Below, piece after piece: positions 1 through 7,082 of a DNA stretch of 12,555 nt. The translations under genes and the position numbers were made by a program. Each line of letters starts with the position of its first letter. Positions within the stretch are counted from its first letter, which is position 1. Location: NCBI GenBank assembly GCA_048939245.1, contig JBHLPR010000067.1, positions 1-12,555 on the forward strand, written 5' to 3'. The notes beneath the pieces are model-generated. The model was given only the letters and a program-made list of their open reading frames with translations. It was not told where the DNA came from and did no database searches. The stretch comes from Promethearchaeota archaeon (GTDB taxonomy: Archaea; Asgardarchaeota; Hermodarchaeia; Hermodarchaeales; Hermodarchaeaceae).

Positions 1-777
1 CTTGAAACTTGGTTCCAAGATATCAAAAGTTATGATACCTACTACTTAGAATGGTTCTATGGAATGAGCATTCTTGGTGACCCTTTCCTAACCATTTACT
101 ATGATATCACGGCTCTTGCCCCCAACATCACTTCTTCAACCCATCCGAATCCCTCTCAATGGTCATCTAATCCTAATCCTCAATTCAACTGGACTATTCC
201 ACCGGATGTCAACGGAATCGCTGGCTACTATTACATTCTTGATCATAATCCAACAACTGTTCCGACCGCAGCCACGGGAAGTTTCACCACAGTGAATGGC
301 ACTCTCTTAACTTCTGCACTATCAGATGGCACGTGGTATCTTCATGTTGTTACAAAGGATACTGTCGGTAATGTTGGTTCTGAAGCTGCTCACTACCAAG
401 TTAACATTGATGCGATTGATACTGTTGTCACCATTGATTCCCCAATTGATGGAGCTACAGTTTCAACCGAGTTGATCCTTTCGTGGTCAGTTGTCCAAAC
501 TTATTCAGGGTATAGTTCAGCCAACATATACGTGAATGGTTCTCTGAGCACAACAATATCAGCACCGCTAACGAACACAACCCTCAGCAATCTTCCTCTA
601 GGTACTTATCCGCTTAATGTCACGGTCTTCGACATTTCAGGAAGATCAGGATCAGATCAAATCACAGTCACTGTCGAAGTACCACTTGCAATTCCAGGCT
701 TCCCATTTGGTGCCATTGCACTTGGTGCAATCTTAGCATTGAGTCTTGTTGTAATCTATCGCCGAAGAAAACACTAG
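1..777 (+). CDS. 3' part of a secreted/surface glycoprotein: end of a possible C25 peptidase-like domain (WFYGMSILGDP), two Ig/FN3-like beta domains and a PGF-CTERM/Loki-CTERM-like anchor; 5' truncated
   Basis: Frame 1 is open from base 1 (LETWFQDIKSYDTYYLEWFYG) into the listed ORF, so ATG 64 is internal. Thr/Ser/Asn-rich with six N-x-S/T sequons (NIT, NWT, NGT, NGS, NTT, NVT). Ends IPGFPFGAIALGAILALSLVVIY-RRRKH (PGF motif, TM helix, basic tail). The C25 call rests only on the LGDP motif. Confidence 0.8.
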   Translation, partial: LETWFQDIKSYDTYYLEWFYGMSILGDPFLTIYYDITALAPNITSSTHPNPSQWSSNPNPQFNWTIPPDVNGIAGYYYILDHNPTTVPTAATGSFTTVNGTLLTSALSDGTWYLHVVTKDTVGNVGSEAAHYQVNIDAIDTVVTIDSPIDGATVSTELILSWSVVQTYSGYSSANIYVNGSLSTTISAPLTNTTLSNLPLGTYPLNVTVFDISGRSGSDQITVTVEVPLAIPGFPFGAIALGAILALSLVVIYRRRKH

Positions 778-807
778 AAAAAATCTTGGACGCCAGTGTG
801 TGCGTCC
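776..807. terminator. Hairpin between convergent genes, probable terminator
   Basis: GGACGC (788-793) / GCGTCC (802-807) with an 8-nt loop. The A-run at 778-783 gives a U-tract after the stem on the minus strand (minD transcript). Confidence 0.55.
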
Positions 808-813
808 CCCCTT

Positions 814-1590
814 CTATTTTTTCGACTGGTTGTTGAGCGTAGCTTCACATTTTTTGAAAAGTTGATCAATACTTTGGGAAAATAAGTGGCTGGGGCTCAC
901 TTGCACAAGTATTTGGCGGCTTCCCAGTTCGATGAGCCTAGTAAAGAGAGGAATTACAGCTGCAACTTCAAACCTATACTCTTGTTCGATATCTTTTTTC
1001 ACCTTGTCAAAATCATAGATTCCTGGTGTTTTATTACACACGATGTAGGTAGACGGCACTTCAAGCTTTTTTGCTAGGGCGAGAGTAATCGCGGTGCCAA
1101 GAAAGTCCTGCTGGTCTAATCGCATGATGACAAAAAGCAGGTCAGTTGTAGCCATGGAAAGTAAGGTTTCTTGGTCTAAACCTGGATGTGTGTCGATGAA
1201 TAGATAATCGAGTTGTTTTGCTTGAATGATCCGTTTAAAGCCTTGGCGAAGGTCTGACACTTCATAGCCTTCACGTATAATGGTGGAAATATCATCAGCA
1301 TTTAAGCTGGCAGGAATTACGTGCAGCCCTCCAGTCTTCAATTTCATTGCTTTCGTGTGATTAATAGTGGCATTTTCAATCGTGCATTTCTTACGCAAAT
1401 AATCGTTCAGGGTATATTTGAAGCGTTTTTCTGCCAGTCCAAAGAGCACATGAAGACCTGGGCTTTGGATATCGGTATCCATAACGCCAACATTTCGTCC
1501 TTTCATCGCTGCATACATGGCGAGATTTGCCGTGAGATTGCTTTTTCCAGTACCGCCACGGAAACTGTGAATAGTGACAATTTTACCCAT
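814..1590 (-). CDS. MinD/ParA-family (SIMIBI) P-loop ATPase, ~258 aa
   Basis: Deviant Walker A FRGGTGKS, switch I DTDIQSPGL, Walker B YLFIDTHPG, and NK motif (VCNK). ATG 1590 (MGKIVTIHS) is preferred over ATG 1602 by family pattern. Confidence 0.9.
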   Translation of the reverse strand: MGKIVTIHSFRGGTGKSNLTANLAMYAAMKGRNVGVMDTDIQSPGLHVLFGLAEKRFKYTLNDYLRKKCTIENATINHTKAMKLKTGGLHVIPASLNADDISTIIREGYEVSDLRQGFKRIIQAKQLDYLFIDTHPGLDQETLLSMATTDLLFVIMRLDQQDFLGTAITLALAKKLEVPSTYIVCNKTPGIYDFDKVKKDIEQEYRFEVAAVIPLFTRLIELGSRQILVQVSPSHLFSQSIDQLFKKCEATLNNQSKK

Positions 1591-1688
1591 CGAATTATCC
1601 ATCCAAATATACCATTAGATAATCATCTTATACTTGCATGTTGGTTCAATAATTCGAGGTTAAGACTTAGCGTTATTAAATCATTGGT

Positions 1689-2957
1689 TCAGGTCAGCCA
1701 CTCAATGTTGGCTCCTAATTTTCGCAAGATGATAATGAGTTTCTTTTCGTCAACACCAACTCGTTGAGCAATGTCCGTCGTTGAATTATTGCCGTCGCAA
1801 AACGATTTAGCATCTTCTAAAATCTTGTATTCATCACGGGGAAGTCCAACGGTTTCAAGGTATGCAAGGAATCGGCGATCGCTAGCTAATAATTTAGGAT
1901 AAAATACTACGCGACGAATATAGCCTCGCGTTAAAAGATAAGAGAGGATCTCGGAGAGTTGGCGACCATGCACACCTATGCGTGTTCGAATATCTTCAAC
2001 TGTAGAAACTCCATCGATGGCTTGAAGAATGTCGCGACCTGCATTCCCAAATAAATTTTCAAATTCTCGTGCCTGTCCTGTGCTTTCTGCGAACAAAGCA
2101 CTTTCCATTGTAGGGTTAGAAGCAAAGACATCAAACTCGGAGAACGCTTCCGTCTCTTTCAACTTAGGCTGTATTTTTACCATCGCTGAATAATCAACGT
2201 TGGCTAACCCATAGACTAGTGGTGCTATTACTTCAGCACACCGACCAACCTTCATATCCTCACGAATAATAGCTAATAAAACTGAATCGGGTTTCACAAA
2301 GTGGACAAAGAGCTTGGTCCCTTCTTCGAGGGTAGTTTGAGAAACAGCAAAATAGCTAGGTAGTTCCATATTCCGGGATTGACGAATTTGTCGCATTCCT
2401 ATTTCTAATTCATGTTGCTTTAATTTGGATGAAATAACAAATCCATCAGCAGTTAACAAAGAGGTTCGCAAAATGCCTGGTTTCCCTTCGATAATATTAA
2501 GGAGTTCTTCAATTTTCTGAAAAATCTCAGGTGGAAGAATCGCAGTCGGAAAGCGCTGCGGGATTTGAGGTATCTTATCGTATTTCCCAAGGAGTTCCAT
2601 AATATGCTCCCGGAAGCCCAAAAACAAATGCGATGAGATTACAGGCTTTTTTAGTACCTCCCGGTATTGCTGTTCAAACTCTTGGGCAATTTCTTTGATA
2701 ATCATGCGATAAATATTTTCATCATCTTCTTGGCTGATTGCGATGATAAAAAGCAGGTCTGAGCTGCTCTCATACACAAATTTGTTTTCAGCAAAAGTGA
2801 CCACCTGGATCTCTCCTTCTCCAATTTCCTCAGCAAATCCTGCTTGAGCCGAGAGAAATCCGGCAACGAGTGCGTCAAGTTTCGGGGCCCCATCTGGTGC
2901 AAAATTAAACAAGGGTTGACCGCCTTTTCGGAGGACGATGATCTCTTTGACTGGCAA
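1689..2957 (-). CDS. Longin + roadblock/LC7 + tandem winged-helix multidomain protein (Asgard eukaryotic-signature type), 422 aa
   Basis: TTG start with GGTGA SD (2964-2968, minus strand). aa 1-125 show a longin pattern (IIVLRKGGQPLF..LVAGFLSA..FAEE..KFVY..LLFIIA..IAQEF..Y). aa ~145-255 show a roadblock pattern (PGILRTSLLTADGFVISS). Two wHTH repeats follow: ILQAIDGVSTVEDI..LSYLLTRGYI and FCDGNNSTTDIA..LRKL. Confidence 0.75.
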   Translation of the reverse strand: MPVKEIIVLRKGGQPLFNFAPDGAPKLDALVAGFLSAQAGFAEEIGEGEIQVVTFAENKFVYESSSDLLFIIAISQEDDENIYRMIIKEIAQEFEQQYREVLKKPVISSHLFLGFREHIMELLGKYDKIPQIPQRFPTAILPPEIFQKIEELLNIIEGKPGILRTSLLTADGFVISSKLKQHELEIGMRQIRQSRNMELPSYFAVSQTTLEEGTKLFVHFVKPDSVLLAIIREDMKVGRCAEVIAPLVYGLANVDYSAMVKIQPKLKETEAFSEFDVFASNPTMESALFAESTGQAREFENLFGNAGRDILQAIDGVSTVEDIRTRIGVHGRQLSEILSYLLTRGYIRRVVFYPKLLASDRRFLAYLETVGLPRDEYKILEDAKSFCDGNNSTTDIAQRVGVDEKKLIIILRKLGANIEWLT

Positions 2958-2972
2958 ATTCTCTCACCAATG

Positions 2973-3015
2973 TTTGTGCTGTACTAAACCGAGTGCTGAT
3001 AACCTTTGTGCTGTA
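2973..3015. repeat. 11-bp direct repeat TTTGTGCTGTA x2, with a third GTGCTG core between them
   Basis: Exact copies at 2973-2983 and 3005-3015 (32 bp apart); GTGCTG also at 2993-2998. Lies just upstream of the longin gene SD. Confidence 0.6.
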
Positions 3016-3039
3016 AAAAGAATCACCAGATTCTGATTG

Positions 3040-3072
3040 AAACGCTTATAATGCATTCATTATATTGTTTTA
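3040..3072. promoter_or_regulatory. Candidate bidirectional promoter/operator with perfect inverted repeat TATAATG-catt-CATTATA
   Basis: Arms at 3047-3053 and 3058-3064. Plus strand reads AAACGCTTATAAT and minus strand reads AAAACAATATAAT, both BRE+TATA-like, between divergent genes. Confidence 0.5.
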
Positions 3073-3106
3073 ATATGGTATCGCGGCATTTTGGGAGAAG
3101 CAATTC

Positions 3107-4573
3107 ATGAAAATGGATAGAAACCGAATATCAGCAGCAATCCTCACCCTACCTTTAGCCTGGGTAATCGCTTTTCTCTTGTTTATGCGCCCACTCATCC
3201 TCACTAATCCAATGTTCATTCTATTTCCAATCATCGGCTTATTACTAGGGCTTTTCATAGGTGGCATCATAGCCGATAAATGGCGGGGACGAACCATCTT
3301 CTTAATACTCATCGAAGCTGTTCTCCTAGTTACAGGTATAGCCCAATGGCTTCTACCGATAGATTTCTGGTACAGTATCTCTGGACTCGGATTTCTAGCC
3401 TTCATTGTCTTTCTTTTTGGATGCGCTCTCGTTCACTTTTCGATATTTCTCAATCGCCTTGTTTCGAGTATACACCGAGGATCAACTGTCGGAATAGTAA
3501 CTGCTCTTACCCTAATTATCGCGGGAGTCATTTCTTTCTTCTGGGCCTTTCCTTTTCCCACGTCTTTTGCGCCAGCTATTACAGCCGGACTAATGCTGTT
3601 AATGCTAATCATTGCTTTGCTTGTGCAGCCCTGGAAAGATGAATTGCAGACATATATGGTTCCTGGGGCGATTCGTCCTTATGCTATTTGGTGGATTATC
3701 TATCTAGCGGCTTTTGGTCTTTATGTATGGGCAACACCATATACTAACCGATATCTTTTGACCAGTCTAAATGGGGCTGGACCAGTACCAGCTGAGCTTA
3801 TTCTCTTAGGACTTGGCGGGGCCGTATTCGCCTTCACATTTCTTCCTGATAAATTTGGACGAAAAATGGCTTTCAACATCGGAACACTTCTATTAGGAAT
3901 GCTATGTATCTTTGGGGGAGCAAAATTTGATCCTATAATCGGCCCTTTAATTTCGGTTCTTTTAGCAATTCTAGAAGCCTTCATTATCGCGTTCATGTTA
4001 GGAGTTGGTGTTTGGCTCGTTTGGGCTGAAATCGGATCTGTGGGAATGAAAGGACGTCGTGCAGCCTTTGGATGGGCTATGTTGGGAATCCTTGGAGCGT
4101 TACTTTGGGGTAGTTTAATTACTTCCTCCACTACTGGTACTCCTCTACTAGTGTATCCGATTGCAGCCTCGCTTGTGTTGATAAGTATCTTTCCTCTCAC
4201 GAACGCTCGAGAAGTCGTCTGGAACGAACGCGTCGTTGAAGATATTGATGTCAGTGTTGACAGCCGACAAGTAAGCCAAGCCCTTCGGGACTTGGAGGTT
4301 GATACACCACTGAGACGTATTGAAGGGCAAATCGAAACTGAAATTACTCAACTTGCAAAAATTAGGGGACTAACTAAAAAACAAGCCAAAGAACTTCGTG
4401 ATGCAGGTTATGAAACTCCAGAGCTTCTCGCACGGGCTGATTCTGATGTAATATCACAGATTTTATCCATTCCTCTTGCACAAGCTGAACAAATCATTGT
4501 GAATGCCCGATTGGTTAAGAGCTCTGAAACGAAGACAGGTCGGAAATCCAAAACAAAGAGAAAAACTAAGTAA
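3107..4573 (+). CDS. MFS-like ~12-TM membrane protein with C-terminal helix-hairpin-helix domain and Lys/Arg-rich tail, 488 aa
   Basis: About 12 hydrophobic segments. MFS motif-A-like loops GGIIADKWRGRT and FLPDKFGRK in the two halves. C-terminal LAKIRGLTKKQAKELRDAGYETPELLARADSDVISQILSIPLAQAEQII resembles the RadA N-terminal/HHH_5 domain. Confidence 0.75.
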   Translation: MKMDRNRISAAILTLPLAWVIAFLLFMRPLILTNPMFILFPIIGLLLGLFIGGIIADKWRGRTIFLILIEAVLLVTGIAQWLLPIDFWYSISGLGFLAFIVFLFGCALVHFSIFLNRLVSSIHRGSTVGIVTALTLIIAGVISFFWAFPFPTSFAPAITAGLMLLMLIIALLVQPWKDELQTYMVPGAIRPYAIWWIIYLAAFGLYVWATPYTNRYLLTSLNGAGPVPAELILLGLGGAVFAFTFLPDKFGRKMAFNIGTLLLGMLCIFGGAKFDPIIGPLISVLLAILEAFIIAFMLGVGVWLVWAEIGSVGMKGRRAAFGWAMLGILGALLWGSLITSSTTGTPLLVYPIAASLVLISIFPLTNAREVVWNERVVEDIDVSVDSRQVSQALRDLEVDTPLRRIEGQIETEITQLAKIRGLTKKQAKELRDAGYETPELLARADSDVISQILSIPLAQAEQIIVNARLVKSSETKTGRKSKTKRKTK

Positions 4574-4641
4574 TAGTTGTTCAGAGGATGTATCCCGAGA
4601 TTTCTTCAGTCAATATTTGATATCGGAGGCTAGCAGGGTTT

Positions 4642-6297
4642 ATGCCTAAAAAAAGGCGAAAAAAATCGAGTTCTAAGCGCAAACGCTTGGGCCAGTTCTT
4701 TACGCCTGATTGGGCAGTCGATTATATACTCCGCCATACACTTGGTCCTGCAATCACTACAGAGCCAGACCGCCTGCTTGGCGAATTTACTGTATTAGAT
4801 CCCGCCTGTGGAGATGGTGCCTTTCTGCTTGGAGCACTTCGCTTTCTCTCGGAAAAAGTTGAATCATTTCCCGAATCCAAAAAGCATCTCCTGCTTCGCA
4901 GCGTTGTTGATAGCATTCATGGCATAGATGTGGATTCGAAGGCTCTGAAAAAATGCCAACAGCGATTAGAACAGAATAGCAAGGAACTCCTTGGTATGCC
5001 TACTGATTTTTCCCAACGAGTCCTTTTAGGCAATAGCCTTATCCGAACCGATGAACATGCTCAGAACATCTTTGGCTCTTCCTTAGAAAAACACCATCCC
5101 GTTGATTGGGACCGAGTTTACCCTTGGGTGATGCGAGACGGCGGCTTTGATGCTGTCATTGGAAATCCTCCCTTCCTTGGCATAAAAGCCATGGACTCTG
5201 ACATTAAAGATTACATTCGCAGTCGCTATCGCACGGTCTATCAACAATTTGATATTCTAATCCCTTTCATCGAGCTGGGGCTGTCCCTACTTCGACCAGG
5301 AGGGCGTTTGGGCTACGTTATTAGTAACAAGATACTTGCGGCTGATTATGGCAATCGTCTTCGACAAACCCTCGTCAACAGTTATGTCATCGAACACATG
5401 GTTGATCTTTCCCATCTCAATGTCTTCGAAGATGCAGCTACTTACCCCCATATCCTTATCATTCGAAAACCCCGAATCCCAGGAGAAGTTCAAGAAAACC
5501 GAGTTCAAGTCTCCACCCCACCCACCACACCAACAGACCTTGTGTCTGAAACTACTAAATCGAACTATGTACCCCAACACTACTACCGTACACTACCAAA
5601 CACTATTCTGGCCCCCTCTCTTACTGAAGCAAAATTCTCTATTCTACGAAAGCTTTTACATAACACAATCCCCTTGGGTCAAGCCTGTAACATCCGCTGT
5701 GGTATTGCAAAAACAGGGTTCACCAAGCATCTCATTTCAATTTCAGCCTTCAAGAAACTAGCTAAGAAAGAACAGGAGGTAACTCTCCCCTTTCTCAATG
5801 CAGGCGATGTCAAACGGTACACTCTTCATAGGAAAAAGTATCTTACCTATACTCCCGTATTAACCTCGCCTGAACAATGGCAAGACTTTGAAGAACCCAA
5901 ACTCGTCGTAGCTGGTATGGCTAAACGGCTACGAGTTGCCTTCGACCAAACAGGACATGCCTTGGGTCGAGTATATTATATCACTCAAACCCGAGTCCCA
6001 TACGATCCCTATTTTATGTTGGGGTTACTTAATTCCCGCCTTGTAAACGCTTATTTCACTCTCCTCTTTGTGGCTACTCATCTACGCAGTGGATATATTC
6101 GCTATAATGCCACCTACCTTGAACAAATTCCCCTAGCAACTCCCACCCAACATCAAGAAGAACAAATCGCCGACCTCGTCCGACTCGTTGTACAGAATTA
6201 CAAGTATCTCACTAAAGGTCTTGATCATGAAATTGATGAAATCGTAAATAACCTGTATGGTTTAAACGCTGGTGAGGTTTCTTTGTTGGAAGAATAG
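4642..6297 (+). CDS. N6-adenine DNA methyltransferase, gamma class (M.TaqI/Eco57I-like), with C-terminal target recognition domain
   Basis: Motif X GQFFTP, motif I LDPACGDGAFL and motif IV GNPPF in gamma order. TaqI_C-like FMLGLLNSRLV..YLEQIPL. GGAGG at 4625-4629. Confidence 0.92.
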   Translation: MPKKRRKKSSSKRKRLGQFFTPDWAVDYILRHTLGPAITTEPDRLLGEFTVLDPACGDGAFLLGALRFLSEKVESFPESKKHLLLRSVVDSIHGIDVDSKALKKCQQRLEQNSKELLGMPTDFSQRVLLGNSLIRTDEHAQNIFGSSLEKHHPVDWDRVYPWVMRDGGFDAVIGNPPFLGIKAMDSDIKDYIRSRYRTVYQQFDILIPFIELGLSLLRPGGRLGYVISNKILAADYGNRLRQTLVNSYVIEHMVDLSHLNVFEDAATYPHILIIRKPRIPGEVQENRVQVSTPPTTPTDLVSETTKSNYVPQHYYRTLPNTILAPSLTEAKFSILRKLLHNTIPLGQACNIRCGIAKTGFTKHLISISAFKKLAKKEQEVTLPFLNAGDVKRYTLHRKKYLTYTPVLTSPEQWQDFEEPKLVVAGMAKRLRVAFDQTGHALGRVYYITQTRVPYDPYFMLGLLNSRLVNAYFTLLFVATHLRSGYIRYNATYLEQIPLATPTQHQEEQIADLVRLVVQNYKYLTKGLDHEIDEIVNNLYGLNAGEVSLLEE

Positions 6298-6338
6298 ATT
6301 TAAAAGGAATTGCTGTGAAAAATTCTCCAGAAACAATA

Positions 6339-6355
6339 TTCTCATCATTTGAGAA
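6339..6355. promoter_or_regulatory. Palindromic operator candidate TTCTCA-N5-TGAGAA
   Basis: Perfect 6-bp arms (6339-6344, 6350-6355) abutting a BRE/TATA-like AAAGAAGATTAAAT (6355-6368) upstream of the wHTH gene. Extra TGAGAA half-site at 6392-6397. Confidence 0.5.
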
Positions 6356-6413
6356 AAGAAGATTAAATGTAAAAACAATCCTATCTTTGTCTGAGAACAA
6401 TTAGGTGACGAAC

Positions 6414-7058
6414 ATGGAGCATCAAGATGTAATCACTTTCAAGCCCGAACGCATTAAAATTGTGTATGATAAAAAAATAAACGAAATTTTATTTGATCCC
6501 AACCATGCCCCCATTATCCATTCTCTCCGTAAAGGACCAATGACGGTTCGTGAAATCGAAGAAGCCTATGCCGCAGAGGCTAATAAGAATCCAGAAATCG
6601 AGGCAAAATCTGATAAGACCATTTATCGTTACCTCAAAGTCTTAGAAAATGCAGAGCTTGTCGTGCCAGCAGGTCAACGAGTTGTTATCGGAAAAACGGC
6701 AACTGAAACTCTTTTTTCTCGAACCGCTGACGTATTTATTACTGGACAAAGTGAGCAGGAATATTGGAGTTGTGAGGCTGGCAAAAATCTCTGCGCGAAT
6801 ATAGCTACGATGCTTAGCAAAATACTCGGTGACAAAAAAGCTGACAAAAATTGTATCATGAAATTCATGAACGAATTCGATGCAATTGGCAATAAATTCA
6901 TCATAGGCCTTGTAGAAGAAGCAGATGATGAGATGATTGATTTAATTACGGGAATCGATTGGGCTTACAAAGATAAAATTCTCAACTTCGTCAGTATTTT
7001 TGCCATCGCTTTAAAAAATCCTGAAATCTTTGAAAAGCTCCAAGCCTGCTTCAAATAG
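6414..7058 (+). CDS. Winged helix-turn-helix (ArsR-like) transcriptional regulator, 214 aa
   Basis: DPNHAPIIHSLRKGPMTVREI..KSDKTIYRYLKVLENAELV HTH and wing. The listed GTG 6405 is part of the GGTGA SD (6404-6408), so ATG 6414 is preferred. Confidence 0.8.
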   Translation: MEHQDVITFKPERIKIVYDKKINEILFDPNHAPIIHSLRKGPMTVREIEEAYAAEANKNPEIEAKSDKTIYRYLKVLENAELVVPAGQRVVIGKTATETLFSRTADVFITGQSEQEYWSCEAGKNLCANIATMLSKILGDKKADKNCIMKFMNEFDAIGNKFIIGLVEEADDEMIDLITGIDWAYKDKILNFVSIFAIALKNPEIFEKLQACFK

Positions 7059-7082
7059 ATTAAAGTTACAACCTTTTAGCGG

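Noticed and set aside
4642-7058. MTase plus downstream gene as a restriction-modification or BREX/DISARM system
   Set aside because: The downstream protein is a wHTH regulator without PD-(D/E)xK, HNH or helicase motifs, and no other defence genes are present.
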